Source: Alphaproteobacteria bacterium
Lineage (GTDB): Bacteria > Pseudomonadota > Alphaproteobacteria > UBA9219
Assembly (NCBI GenBank): GCA_028866275.1
Contig: JAGWIK010000008.1
Coordinates: 10,707 to 74,706 of the forward strand
Direction of reading: 5' to 3'
DNA length: 64,000 nucleotides
Each line of letters opens with the position of its first letter. Positions within the stretch are counted from its first letter, which is position 1. The translations under genes and the position numbers were made by a program. Below the pieces are notes generated by a model. It saw only the letters and a list, made by a program, of their open reading frames with translations, was not told where the DNA came from and made no database searches. Below, piece after piece: positions 1-18,167 of this stretch.

Positions 1-1283
1 TGTGGGATGGCGAGGAAGAAGCGCGCTGGGTCGGCGATGAAATCGAAAGCCTGCAACGCGCGCGCGTGCCGTTGAACGAAATCGCGGTAATGGTGCGCGC
101 GGGGTTTCAGACGCGTGCGTTTGAAGAGCGTTTTATCCAGTTGGGCATCCCCTATCGCGTGCTGGTCGGGGCGCGGTTTTACGAACGCGCCGAAATCCGC
201 GACGCCATGGCGTATTTCCGTTTGCTGGCGGGGCCCGAAGACGATCTGGCCTTCGAACGCATCGTCAATTTGCCCAAACGCGGCGTCGGCCCCGCTGCCG
301 TTCAGCAATTGCAGGTTTTTGCGCGGGCGCAACGCATATCCTTGATGGAATCTACGGCGCGGCTGGTCGAGACCGACGAGCTAAAGCCGAAATTGCGCCA
401 GACCTTGCGCGATTTTGTTGAAAATTTCGCGCGCTGGCGCGGCGCATTGGAACAATTGCCGCATCACGAGGTGGCGCAGATCATTCTCGACGACTCCGGC
501 TATACCGGCATGTGGCAGGCCGACAAATCGCCCGAAGCGCCGGGGCGATTGGACAATCTGAAAGAGCTTGTCAACGCGATGGCGGAATTTGATACGCTGC
601 CCGCGTTTTTGGAACATGTCTCGCTGGTGATGGAGGCGACGACGAACGCGGAAGGCGAACAAGTCAGTTTAATGACGCTGCACGGGGCCAAGGGATTGGA
701 ATTCGACATTGTGTTTTTGCCGGGGTGGGAGGAGGAAATTTTTCCCAGCCGTCGATCGATCGATGAAAATGGCACGGCGGGGCTGGAGGAAGAACGGCGT
801 TTGGCCTATGTCGGCATCACGCGCGCCAAGAAACGCGCTTTTATTTCGCATGTCGCCAATCGCCTGTTATACGGCAGTTGGGTCAATGCCTTGCCGTCGC
901 GCTTTCTGGAAGAACTGCCGGATCCGCATGTGCGTCGGGAATCGACCATCGGCGCCGGCGCGGGGTCGGGCATGCGCTTCGGCGGCGGCAGAAATCGCGA
1001 TGAGGATGGTGATCGTCCGCCGCCTTTATGGCAGCAAATCCGCGCCGGTCATTATGGCGCGGGGCAGGGTACAAGCCGTCAGGCACCGCGCCAGATCGAA
1101 GGCCGCGCGACGCCGGTAGCCCCCGCGCGTCGCGAAGGCGAACCCAATATCGGCGACCGCGTCGTGCATGAAAAATTCGGGGCCGGCACCGTGCGCCGCG
1201 TCGAGGGTGACAAGCTGGAGGTTGCTTTCGACAAGAAGGGCTTGCTAAAAGTGATGGCGGGGTTCGTGCGGCTGGCGGGATAG
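1..1283 (+). CDS. uvrD: UvrD/Rep/PcrA-family DNA helicase, C-terminal part (5'-truncated by window edge)
   Basis: The reading frame is open from position 3 (WDGEEEARWVGDEIESL...). It has the helicase motif VI region LMTLHGAKGLEFDIVFLPGWEEEIFP and ITRAKKRAF. Confidence 0.85.
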   Translation, partial: WDGEEEARWVGDEIESLQRARVPLNEIAVMVRAGFQTRAFEERFIQLGIPYRVLVGARFYERAEIRDAMAYFRLLAGPEDDLAFERIVNLPKRGVGPAAVQQLQVFARAQRISLMESTARLVETDELKPKLRQTLRDFVENFARWRGALEQLPHHEVAQIILDDSGYTGMWQADKSPEAPGRLDNLKELVNAMAEFDTLPAFLEHVSLVMEATTNAEGEQVSLMTLHGAKGLEFDIVFLPGWEEEIFPSRRSIDENGTAGLEEERRLAYVGITRAKKRAFISHVANRLLYGSWVNALPSRFLEELPDPHVRRESTIGAGAGSGMRFGGGRNRDEDGDRPPPLWQQIRAGHYGAGQGTSRQAPRQIEGRATPVAPARREGEPNIGDRVVHEKFGAGTVRRVEGDKLEVAFDKKGLLKVMAGFVRLAG

Positions 1284-1339
1284 GCAAGGCCTGCGGGTTA
1301 TTGTTATTAACATATTGGTTGATAATGATAAATTTCCTC

Positions 1340-1368
1340 TTGCAATCATGCCCTTGCCCCGCCATATT
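1340..1368 (+). promoter_or_regulatory. putative sigma70-type promoter for rpoB (TTGCAA-N17-CATATT) in an AT-rich leader
   Basis: Hexamer spacing was read directly from an unusually AT-rich 190-bp segment upstream of rpoB. No experimental support. Confidence 0.3.
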
Positions 1369-1475
1369 GCCCCGACAATTTGCTTGAAAAGCAGGCCTGC
1401 TCAACGAACCGGGAAAACTTACCGTGTCGTCGTGCGGTTTTGTTTGCTTTTCAGATATATAAACGAGGGGAAAGC

Positions 1476-5762
<4,287 letters not shown>

Positions 5763-5798
5763 AACATCGATTGAACGCTTCAACGTTTGCGGAGATAA

Positions 5799-9968
<4,170 letters not shown>

Positions 9969-9995
9969 CCGCCATATCTTTGGGCGAAGAAATCA

Positions 9996-10029
9996 CCCCG
10001 TTCCGGTTGCCGGAACGGGGTTTTTCTTT
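9996..10029 (+). terminator. rho-independent terminator after rpoC
   Basis: Perfect 11-bp stem CCCCGTTCCGG-TTG-CCGGAACGGGG followed by TTTTTCTTT. Confidence 0.8.
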
Positions 10030-10080
10030 GCCAGAATTTCATGCTATCAATGGCGGGAAACCATTCAGGGAATGCAAGAC

Positions 10081-12759
10081 ATGACCAAAACGCTGGCCGA
10101 TATTCGTTCGACTTTCACCGGTTATTTTGTGGGCAAGGGCCATACCCATGTCGAATCCAGCCCCCTCGTGCCGCGCAACGACCCGACCCTGATGTTCACC
10201 AATTCGGGCATGGTGCAATTCAAGAATGTTTTTACCGGCGCGGAACATCGCCCTTACACGCGCGCCACCACGGCGCAGAAATCGGTGCGCGCGGGCGGCA
10301 AGCATAATGATCTGGAAAATGTCGGCTACACCGCGCGGCACCATACTTTTTTCGAAATGCTCGGCAATTTTTCCTTCGGCGATTATTTCAAAGCCGAAGC
10401 TATCGAATTCGCATGGGAACTGATCACCAAACATTTTGGATTGAACAAGGAAAAGCTTCTGGTCACCGTGTATCACGAAGATGAAGAAGCGGCGGCGTTA
10501 TGGAAGAAAATAGCCGGTTTTCCCGACAGTAAAATTTTGCGCATTAAAACGAACGACAATTTCTGGCGTATGGGTGATGTCGGCCCGTGCGGCCCTTGCA
10601 CCGAAATTTTCATCGATCAGGGCGACAAATTACAGGGCGGCCCGCCGGGCAGCCCGGACGAGGATGGCGACCGTTTTCTGGAATTCTGGAATCTCGTCTT
10701 CATGCAGTTTGAAGAACAGCCGGGCGGCGGGCGCATCAAACTGCCCAAGCCGTCGGTCGACACCGGCATGGGGCTGGAACGCATGGCGGCCGTCATGCAG
10801 GGCGTTACGTCGAACTATGACATCGATTTATTCCGCGCCCTGATCGCCGCGATCGCCGATTTGGTGAGCGTTAACCCCGAAGGCCCGCAAAAACCGTCAT
10901 TCCGCGTCATTGCCGACCATTTGCGCGCGACCGCGTTCCTGATCGCCGACGGTGTGTTGCCGAGCAACGAAGGCCGCGGTTACGTTCTGCGCCGCATCAT
11001 GCGCCGCGCCATGCGTCATGCCCATTTGCTGGGCGCGCGCGAACCCGTGATTTATCGCCTTGTGCCCGAACTGGTCAAACAGATGGGCGCAGCCTATCCG
11101 GAATTGGGCCGCGCGCAGGCGTTGATTACCGAAACGCTGAAGCTGGAAGAAACGCGGTTTAAATCAATGCTCGATCGCGGACTGAAACTGCTCGACGAAG
11201 AAAGCGGCAAGATCACCGGCGACGGCGCGTTGCCCGGCGAAATTGCCTTCAAGCTTTACGACACTTTCGGGTTTCCCCTGGATTTGACGCAGGACGTTTT
11301 GCGCGGACAGGGCAAGAAAGTCGACGCCGCGGGTTTTGAAGCCGCGATGCAGAAACAGCGTGAAACCGCCCGCGCGGCATGGGCGGGATCGGGCGAAACC
11401 GGCACGGCCAGAATCTGGTTCGAATTGCGCGATAAACTTGGCGCGACAGAATTTCTGGGCTACAGCACGGAAAAAGCCGAAGGGCAAGTGACAGCCTTGG
11501 TCAAAAACGGCGCGGAAGCGGCGGAAGCCAGGCAGGGCGACGCCGTGATGGTGATTGTGAATCAAACCCCGTTTTACGGCGAATCCGGCGGGCAAAAAGG
11601 CGATATCGGCACCATGACAACGGCATCCGGCGCGGTGATAACCGTGACCGACACGCAAAAAGAAGCCGACGGGCTGTCGGTGCATATCGGCCATGTGACC
11701 AAAGGTACGATCAAAACCGGCGATATGGTGGTGCTGGACGTCGATCATGCGCATCGGTCGGCCCTGCGCGCGCATCATTCCGCCACGCATTTGCTGCATG
11801 AAGCCTTGCGCCGCGAATTGGGCGAGCATGTGTCGCAAAAAGGCTCGCTGGTCGCGCATGACCGGCTGCGTTTCGATTTCACCCAACCGACGCCGATTTC
11901 AGCGGAATCCTTGGCGCGCATCGAAGCGGAAGTCAACGCGCGCATCCGCATGAATGACAGCGTCGAAACCCGTTTGATGTCGCCGCAGGAAGCGACAGAG
12001 CAGGGGGCTATGGCCCTGTTCGGCGAGAAATACGGCGACGAAGTCCGTGTTTTATTCATGGGCGGCCGCGAAGAAAAAGCGGCAAACGGCAAGGAATTCT
12101 TCTCGGTCGAATTATGCGGCGGCACGCATGTGCGCCGCACCGGGGATATCGGCTTGCTGAAAATCACGAGCGAAGGCGCGGTGTCTTCGGGCGTGCGTCG
12201 TATCGAAGCGGTGACGGGCGCGGCGGCGCTGGCGTGGATCGATGAACAGGAAAAAATGCTGCGCGCGGCGTCGGATGCCTTGAAAACGCCTGCCGCGGAA
12301 TTGCCCGTGCGTATTACGCAATTGCTGGAAGACCGTAAAAAATTGGAACGCGAAGTGGCCGATTTGCGCAAACAGGCTGCGTTGGGCGCCTCGGCCAACA
12401 GCAACGATGCGCCGCGCCAGATTGCGGGTATGAATTTCATCAGCCGTGTTTTGGCCGACGTGCCCGCCAAGGATTTGAAGCCGATGGCGGACGCTTTCAA
12501 GGCGCAGGTGAAATCGGGCGTTATTGCGCTGGTCGCGAGTTTCGAAGGCAAGGTTTCGCTGGTCGTCGCCGTGACCGATGATCTGACCAAACGCGTCAGC
12601 GCGGTCGATCTGGTCAAAACAGGCGCGGAACAGGTCGGTGGCAAAGGCGGCGGCGGCCGTCCAGATATGGCGCAGGCCGGCGGCGCGGATGCCGAGGCGA
12701 TGCCTTCGGCAATTGCGGCGATTGAAAAAGCGTTGGAAGGCGCGGCGCAGGCGGCATAG
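10081..12759 (+). CDS. alaS: alanine--tRNA ligase
   Basis: [16 protein letters not shown]...[10 protein letters not shown], class II motifs, the HxxxH/CxxxH editing/Zn region ([11 protein letters not shown] ... CGGTHV) and a C-terminal DHHA1-like Gly-rich tail. The ORF-track start at 9898 overlaps rpoC. 10081 (or 10072) fits AlaS N-termini. Confidence 0.93.
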   Translation: MTKTLADIRSTFTGYFVGKGHTHVESSPLVPRNDPTLMFTNSGMVQFKNVFTGAEHRPYTRATTAQKSVRAGGKHNDLENVGYTARHHTFFEMLGNFSFGDYFKAEAIEFAWELITKHFGLNKEKLLVTVYHEDEEAAALWKKIAGFPDSKILRIKTNDNFWRMGDVGPCGPCTEIFIDQGDKLQGGPPGSPDEDGDRFLEFWNLVFMQFEEQPGGGRIKLPKPSVDTGMGLERMAAVMQGVTSNYDIDLFRALIAAIADLVSVNPEGPQKPSFRVIADHLRATAFLIADGVLPSNEGRGYVLRRIMRRAMRHAHLLGAREPVIYRLVPELVKQMGAAYPELGRAQALITETLKLEETRFKSMLDRGLKLLDEESGKITGDGALPGEIAFKLYDTFGFPLDLTQDVLRGQGKKVDAAGFEAAMQKQRETARAAWAGSGETGTARIWFELRDKLGATEFLGYSTEKAEGQVTALVKNGAEAAEARQGDAVMVIVNQTPFYGESGGQKGDIGTMTTASGAVITVTDTQKEADGLSVHIGHVTKGTIKTGDMVVLDVDHAHRSALRAHHSATHLLHEALRRELGEHVSQKGSLVAHDRLRFDFTQPTPISAESLARIEAEVNARIRMNDSVETRLMSPQEATEQGAMALFGEKYGDEVRVLFMGGREEKAANGKEFFSVELCGGTHVRRTGDIGLLKITSEGAVSSGVRRIEAVTGAAALAWIDEQEKMLRAASDALKTPAAELPVRITQLLEDRKKLEREVADLRKQAALGASANSNDAPRQIAGMNFISRVLADVPAKDLKPMADAFKAQVKSGVIALVASFEGKVSLVVAVTDDLTKRVSAVDLVKTGAEQVGGKGGGGRPDMAQAGGADAEAMPSAIAAIEKALEGAAQAA

Positions 12760-12760
12760 T

Positions 12761-13813
12761 TTACGCCACCGGAACCCACAAAACATCGTCGATATTTTCC
12801 GTGCCCGCGCACAGCATGACAAGCCGGTCGAAGCCCAGCGCGATGCCCGCGCTGTCGGGCATGCCGTGGTGCAGGGCGGCGATAAAATCGGCGTCGACGG
12901 GGTAACGTTCGCCGTACAGTTTTTCTTTTTCATCCATATCGGCGGCGAAACGCCGCGCTTGTTCACCGGCATCCGTCAATTCGTCAAACGCATTGGCGAT
13001 TTCATAACCGCAGATATAAAGTTCGAACCGTTCGGCCAGCCGCGCGTCGCCGCGCTTGGGCCGCGCCAGCGCCGCCATATGCACGGGATAATCGCACAGA
13101 AAGACAGGATGTTTGTCGCCCAGACGCGGTTCGATATGTTCGCCCAACGCGCGGAAAAACAAATCATCCCATGTGTCGGATTCCGTAGCGCGGATATTGT
13201 TCGCCGTCATTTGTGCGCGCAACGCCGCCGTGTCGCCAATGGTCGCCATTAAATCTATATTTGCATAACGCCGGAACGCATCGGATACGGTAAGGCTTTC
13301 CCATGCGCCAAAGGGATCGCATGACAGGCCTTGCGCCGTAAAATTTGTCACGCCGCATGCCGCCGCCGCTGCGCGTACCAGCGCCACGCAATCTTGCATG
13401 ATGTCAGGCAGGCCCGCGCCCGCGCGATACCATTCCAGCATGGAAAATTCGGGGTGATGCCGCGACGACCGTTCGCCGTTACGGAATGCGCGTGCAATTT
13501 GGAATATTTTGGGCATGCCCGCCACCAGCAATTTCTTCATCGCAAATTCTGGGCTGGTATGCAGGTAATAATCGCGGCTGTCACGGGTCAAGTAGTCGGT
13601 GAATTGCGTTTTGAAAGCATGCAGATGGGTTTCGTTGCCGGGCGATACTTGCAACGCGGGCGTTTCGACTTCGGCAAAGCCTTGAGATTCAAAATAGCCG
13701 CGCACGGCACGCAACGCATGTTGCCGTTTATCAAGCATGGGCCGCCGCCGCGCGAATTGATCGGGCCGCCACCAAGGCGATGGGTTCAATGTTTCTGTCA
13801 TTTGGGTCATCAA
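12761..13813 (-). CDS. epmA: EF-P lysyl-lysine ligase EpmA (PoxA/GenX; truncated LysRS class II paralog)
   Basis: Aligns by eye along its full length with E. coli EpmA (VETP, TSPEFAMKKLLVAG, FRNGE..HHPEFSMLEWY, ERFELYICGYEIANAFDELTD, GIALGFDRLVML). Confidence 0.75.
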   Translation of the reverse strand: MMTQMTETLNPSPWWRPDQFARRRPMLDKRQHALRAVRGYFESQGFAEVETPALQVSPGNETHLHAFKTQFTDYLTRDSRDYYLHTSPEFAMKKLLVAGMPKIFQIARAFRNGERSSRHHPEFSMLEWYRAGAGLPDIMQDCVALVRAAAAACGVTNFTAQGLSCDPFGAWESLTVSDAFRRYANIDLMATIGDTAALRAQMTANNIRATESDTWDDLFFRALGEHIEPRLGDKHPVFLCDYPVHMAALARPKRGDARLAERFELYICGYEIANAFDELTDAGEQARRFAADMDEKEKLYGERYPVDADFIAALHHGMPDSAGIALGFDRLVMLCAGTENIDDVLWVPVA

Positions 13814-13870
13814 CCTGTAAATGCGGCAAAAATTATCGCCTGCGGCCCTGATTTATGCTACGAAAAACGC

Positions 13871-14521
13871 ATGACAACCGCGAAAAAACTTCGCCCGGCC
13901 AACGACCTGCATCCGCGGGCGTCGCGGCCTATGTCCTATGTCGCCCTGCCGCGTGCGCGTCGGCCTGTGGCGCATTGGGCGGCGACAGGGATTCTGGTGG
14001 TCGCAGCGGTAAGCGTCGGCGTTTTTTTTGCCCTGATGCCGCACCCGGTCTTGCGGCAACAACCCGCTATTCATGTCGCGCTTGCCAATTCGGTGGTTCG
14101 CCCTGAGGTTCCGGAAGATATTACGGTCGACGGTGCACCGCCGGAATCCGCCGCGCCGGACATTCAACAAACGGAAACACCGCCGTCTTTACCGCAAGAC
14201 GCACATGTTACAGTTCAGGTCGACAATGATGGGCAAGACGCGGCGCAATTGGCGCGGCAGGCCGAACGGCTGCAGCACGACGGCGATGCTCGTCAGGCAA
14301 TGGTTGTGATGCGCCGCGCCGCCGCGCAAGACCCCGATAACATGATGTACCGCCTGCGTTTGGCCATAATGTATGACGGCGCCGGTGACCGTGACGGTGC
14401 AGCCCGCCTTTATCACGAAGTGCTGCGGGCCTATGACGATGACAGCGCGGTTTTTCCGGCCTCTGTCGATATTGATGCCATTCGTCGTCGCGCCGATTAT
14501 TTATCGGTTAACGCGCCGTAA
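13871..14521 (+). CDS. hypothetical membrane-anchored protein with a C-terminal TPR-like repeat
   Basis: The internal start MTTAKKLRPAND sits in a long artefactual ORF (13331..14521) that runs antisense through epmA. It has one TM helix (WAATGILVVAAVSVGVFFAL) and a DPDNMMYRLRLAIMYDGAGDRDGAARLYHEVLRAY repeat-like tail. Confidence 0.5.
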   Translation: MTTAKKLRPANDLHPRASRPMSYVALPRARRPVAHWAATGILVVAAVSVGVFFALMPHPVLRQQPAIHVALANSVVRPEVPEDITVDGAPPESAAPDIQQTETPPSLPQDAHVTVQVDNDGQDAAQLARQAERLQHDGDARQAMVVMRRAAAQDPDNMMYRLRLAIMYDGAGDRDGAARLYHEVLRAYDDDSAVFPASVDIDAIRRRADYLSVNAP

Positions 14522-14885
14522 TCTGTCCCGTGGCAATTTGATAGGTTTCGCCGTCGCGCAATGTGATGTCGCGTTCGTCGCCGTTATCGTCGCGCCACAA
14601 TAATTCTGCGCTGGCGGGGGTGACGTCGAGAATTTTCAGGCCATCTTCATGCGTTTGCGGCGTCCAGCGTTTGTGTTGCAGCCATAATGTCCAATCATTC
14701 CTGTCGTAATAGATGATCGCGCCCAGATGAATGCCCGCCGCGCCCGCGGGCAGGCTTTGATCCGCAAGTTTTTCGGCATCACGCGTTTGTTGCGGCGACA
14801 AGAAGAGCGATTGTTGCGGCATATCGTCCGCCGCCGCGGGCAGGGCATAAAACAGGATGACAAACGCCAGCGCGAAATATTTCAT
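14508..14885 (-). CDS. small secreted hypothetical protein, last gene of the pilus/secretion-like cluster
   Basis: Signal peptide MKYFALAFVILFYALPAAA. It is translationally coupled (4-bp overlap) to the upstream GspM-like gene. I have no family assignment. Confidence 0.5.
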   Translation of the reverse strand: MKYFALAFVILFYALPAAADDMPQQSLFLSPQQTRDAEKLADQSLPAGAAGIHLGAIIYYDRNDWTLWLQHKRWTPQTHEDGLKILDVTPASAELLWRDDNGDERDITLRDGETYQIATGQITAR

Positions 14886-15490
14886 GGGGCCGCGCCTCCG
14901 ACCAGATTCTTGGGCGCGCCATTCGACAGCCATACGCCATTGATTGCCAGATGAATGTTCGTGGCGGCGGCCGGGGCGTCGGGCGAAACGATGCGCGTGA
15001 TCGACATATGGCGCAACGTAAAACGTCCCGGAAAAGCCGTATGCATCAGGTTCAGGAATGTATAGGCGTCAAGATCGGTCGGCGCATCGGCATTGAGCGT
15101 TAATTGGCTGGTGGTAAAATCTTGCACCCCCGCGCCGATTGTCTCGATCGGCGTTTTCGTTTCCGGCGACAATGTATAGGTAACGTTTGATAATCTGGAT
15201 TCGGCCGCGCGATGTTCAAGGATCTTCATCGCCTGTAATCGGTCGATGGGGGCGAGAAATTTGGCCGTTTCCGCCTTGTCTATTTCGCTTTGCAGTTTTT
15301 TCGTCAGAGCTATGTCGCTTTTCAGTTGCGCGACCGCCTGCATCGCTTTGGTGTTTTCTTTGGTGACTGCGGACAGATGCGCCGCGGCCTTGTTCTTCGC
15401 ATAATGCAACAATGGCGCATTGACGGCGGCCAGCGTCAATGCCGCTATCATTATGCCGAGCCATAAACGATGTGCGCGCCAATCGATCAT
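14882..15490 (-). CDS. GspM/PilO-like bitopic inner-membrane assembly protein
   Basis: About 200 aa with a single N-terminal TM (LWLGIMIAALTLAAV), a coiled-coil and a periplasmic domain. It sits in operon position after the GspL-like gene. Assigned by architecture and context, not by a motif. Confidence 0.5.
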   Translation of the reverse strand: MIDWRAHRLWLGIMIAALTLAAVNAPLLHYAKNKAAAHLSAVTKENTKAMQAVAQLKSDIALTKKLQSEIDKAETAKFLAPIDRLQAMKILEHRAAESRLSNVTYTLSPETKTPIETIGAGVQDFTTSQLTLNADAPTDLDAYTFLNLMHTAFPGRFTLRHMSITRIVSPDAPAAATNIHLAINGVWLSNGAPKNLVGGAAP

Positions 15491-16947
15491 GGTGTTTTTG
15501 CCTTCAGGATCATTTCGCCTGTCGGGTCTTGATGCGGGGCATCCCGCGTCGTCGTCACCGCTTGCTGTGGCAAATCGGGGTAGGGGGTGCGCGCGACGGT
15601 CGCTTCGTAATCCGGCATAGCGTGTGCGATTTTTTGCGTCGCTGCGGTGAAATCCGCAACGCTTTGTGCGCGATCCTGCGGTGCGGCAGGCACGGCCAGA
15701 TCAACGGTGAAGCTTTCCGGCTTGTCGTCGCCTGCATCCCATTCAATGCCCATGACTGAAATATCCGAACCAAGACCCTGTGCCAGCTCGTCAAGCCCGT
15801 GCCACGGCATGGGCGTCGGTTGGTCATAAATGCGACGTCGTTCGATGGCCTGCCGTAACTGGCCCAGCGGGGCCGTTAATGGCGCGGCGCTGGCTTGCAT
15901 GCGCGCCAGATCGGCCTGATTTTTTGCCAGCATATGTTCTTGCCGGCGACCGGCGGCAATATCTGATACAATCGAATTTGCTGCCCAAACGGTTTGGATC
16001 GTTGCCAAAAACAGAAAAATGATGGCAACGCGCAATCCCCATTTTTTGATCGTTTCTGTTCGTAGAGCCTGTTTTGTGTGGGGCAGCATCAGAGGCAAAA
16101 CAGGCTTTCGCGCCGCCAGCGCGGCGGCAAACAATAAATCGCCGCAATCATCCTCGGGCGCGGGGGCAAAGGGCAGGGCAAGCCTTTGTGCTGCCTTGAA
16201 CGGCGATAAAGACGCGATAGATTTCAACCCCAGATCCATAAAATCCTGATGCAGGTGATCGATCCCCGTCATTAACAACAGCACGGACAAATCTGTCGCA
16301 TGACGCAGCCCATGCCGCGACAGGTAATCAAGGCTGGCCTTGATATCCCGTGTGATGATGACGGCCGCATCATCATGCGGCGCGGGCAGGGGCGTCAGGC
16401 GGGTAAAAATTAAATCGCCTTTATGCGTTACAATCTGTCGATAACCGCCGGTCTGATGACGGCTGACGGTCATAACCCATCCTGCCGTCGCTTCGGGCAT
16501 CAGGCTTGCGGCCAACCGCGCCCCTTCGACCGGTAAAAGAGCAATGGAAGGAAACCGCGCATGCAGTTTTTCCGCCCATAAAAATACAGGATTGCCTTCA
16601 TGCAACCCTGCCAGCAAAAATTGATCGTTGGCGGTTTTATGGCGCAGGCTGGCGGTCAGGCGCGCGGCAGGGAAATGCTGGCGCAACCGGCGGCGCAGTA
16701 ATTGGGCGCGGTCGACAGGATTAAGGCGAGGCATGTTGTCGGCGCGATAATCCTGCGCCAGATTGTCGACCAGAAGAGTCAGCTGCGCGGCAGGATGCCG
16801 CGCGATAAAGCTGGTGATTTCCTGCATGCCGTTGCCCACACCGTTTACCGAGGCAAAAAACGGTGCGGGCGCCGGCACGTTATGCGGCACGACGGCGCAA
16901 CCGTCGTCGCCGATCATGATAATGATATGGGGGCGTGTCCCGGTCAT
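15487..16947 (-). CDS. GspL-like (PilM-PilN-type) assembly protein: cytoplasmic actin-like domain + TM + periplasmic domain
   Basis: ~330-aa cytoplasmic domain, one TM (VAIIFLFLATIQTVWAANSI) and ~150-aa periplasmic tail. The chosen start MTGTRPHIII abuts the platform-gene stop. Confidence 0.55.
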   Translation of the reverse strand: MTGTRPHIIIMIGDDGCAVVPHNVPAPAPFFASVNGVGNGMQEITSFIARHPAAQLTLLVDNLAQDYRADNMPRLNPVDRAQLLRRRLRQHFPAARLTASLRHKTANDQFLLAGLHEGNPVFLWAEKLHARFPSIALLPVEGARLAASLMPEATAGWVMTVSRHQTGGYRQIVTHKGDLIFTRLTPLPAPHDDAAVIITRDIKASLDYLSRHGLRHATDLSVLLLMTGIDHLHQDFMDLGLKSIASLSPFKAAQRLALPFAPAPEDDCGDLLFAAALAARKPVLPLMLPHTKQALRTETIKKWGLRVAIIFLFLATIQTVWAANSIVSDIAAGRRQEHMLAKNQADLARMQASAAPLTAPLGQLRQAIERRRIYDQPTPMPWHGLDELAQGLGSDISVMGIEWDAGDDKPESFTVDLAVPAAPQDRAQSVADFTAATQKIAHAMPDYEATVARTPYPDLPQQAVTTTRDAPHQDPTGEMILKAKTP

Positions 16948-18167
16948 TGCATGCGTCCGCCAAGGACGGACAGGCTGCCATATAGGGGGCCCATTACCGC
17001 CATAACGGTCCATATCATCACCAACCCTATGGACAAAGTCAGGGCGGGTTCCAATAAACCGATCAGGGCATCGGTTGATTCCTGCGCTTCACGGTCGAAT
17101 ACCGTGGCAATGTCGTCGAGGCTTTTGCCGATATTGCCGCTGCGTTCGCCGGTGCGCAGCAATCCGGCGGCATAAGGCGGGAAAAGACCGGGCAGGCATG
17201 ACGGCAATGCAGCCGACAGGGCCGAACCTTCGACCACGCGTTGTTCGGCGCGGCCCAGCATGAATTCGAGTGCCGCGTTTCCGGTCGTCGCGCGCGCCTG
17301 ACGCAGGCAGTCGGGCGTGGGGCAGCCGTTGCGGAACAACAGGGTAAAATTGTGGATAAATCGCGCCAGCGCGGCTTTGGCGATGATAGGGCCGATGACG
17401 GGCGTGCGCAGCAGCAAGGCATCGAGCCGTAATAGGATTGCGGGCGATAATCGTCGCGCGATGAATATCGTCAGAATACCAAGGCACAGCAGGATGGCAG
17501 CCTGTCCGCCATAATCGGCTGTCGCCGCCGACACGGCAACCAGCGCGCGCGTCGACCACGGCAGATGCGCATCCAGCCCGTCAAGAAATTGAATCATCTT
17601 GGGCACGACGGCGATCAACATAAAAGCCACCGAGCTGCCGGCCACGATGAAAAGAAATAATGGGTAGCGCAGGGCGCGGCGCAGTTTTTCCTGTGTCTGC
17701 GCTTGCCGTGCAATGTCGGCGGCCAGCGCGCCGAACACGGCGTCCATCGCGCCGCTGGCTTCGCCCGCCGCCAAAGTCGCGGTGACGATAGGCGGGAACA
17801 GGCGCGGGCAGGCGGCAAAAGATGCGGCGATGCCGCCGCCGCTGGAAATGGCGCGCGCAATCTGCGTCAGCGCATTAGACAGAATCTCGTTGTCGACAGC
17901 GTGGATCGCGTCATGCATGGCGTCCGGAAATGCGACGCCGGATTGCAGCAAATCCTGCATGCGCGCGCAAAAACCGGCAATGGCGCGCGGCGGCACTTTT
18001 CCGGCAAAAAGCGCGGCGCCTTGACGCGCTTTTTTCTCGCGCGCGTCGATCAGTTCCAGCCCGTTTTCTTTCAACGCGGCGAGCAATTCGTTTTCATTGG
18101 CCGCCGTCATTTCGCCGCGCATGACGCGGCCCGTTTCGTGCACGGCTTTGTAGGCATAAGCCGGCAT
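16944..18167 (-). CDS. gspF: type II secretion / type IV pilus inner-membrane platform protein (GspF/PilC family)
   Basis: Duplicated T2SSF domain architecture with 3 TM segments. N-terminus MPAYAYKAVHETGRVMRGEM is typical of GspF/PilC. Its start overlaps the ATPase gene stop. Confidence 0.85.
   Translation of the reverse strand: MPAYAYKAVHETGRVMRGEMTAANENELLAALKENGLELIDAREKKARQGAALFAGKVPPRAIAGFCARMQDLLQSGVAFPDAMHDAIHAVDNEILSNALTQIARAISSGGGIAASFAACPRLFPPIVTATLAAGEASGAMDAVFGALAADIARQAQTQEKLRRALRYPLFLFIVAGSSVAFMLIAVVPKMIQFLDGLDAHLPWSTRALVAVSAATADYGGQAAILLCLGILTIFIARRLSPAILLRLDALLLRTPVIGPIIAKAALARFIHNFTLLFRNGCPTPDCLRQARATTGNAALEFMLGRAEQRVVEGSALSAALPSCLPGLFPPYAAGLLRTGERSGNIGKSLDDIATVFDREAQESTDALIGLLEPALTLSIGLVMIWTVMAVMGPLYGSLSVLGGRMQ

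Noticed and set aside
11775-12972. Two long minus-strand ORFs (345 and 286 aa) inside and overlapping alaS
   Set aside because: Antisense to alaS, with biased Ala/Arg/Ser composition, no start context and no motifs.
13331-13870. 5' extension of the 396-aa ORF (13331..14521) overlapping epmA antisense
   Set aside because: The first 180 codons are antisense to a well-supported epmA. An internal ATG at 13871 gives a sensible start just after the epmA promoter region.
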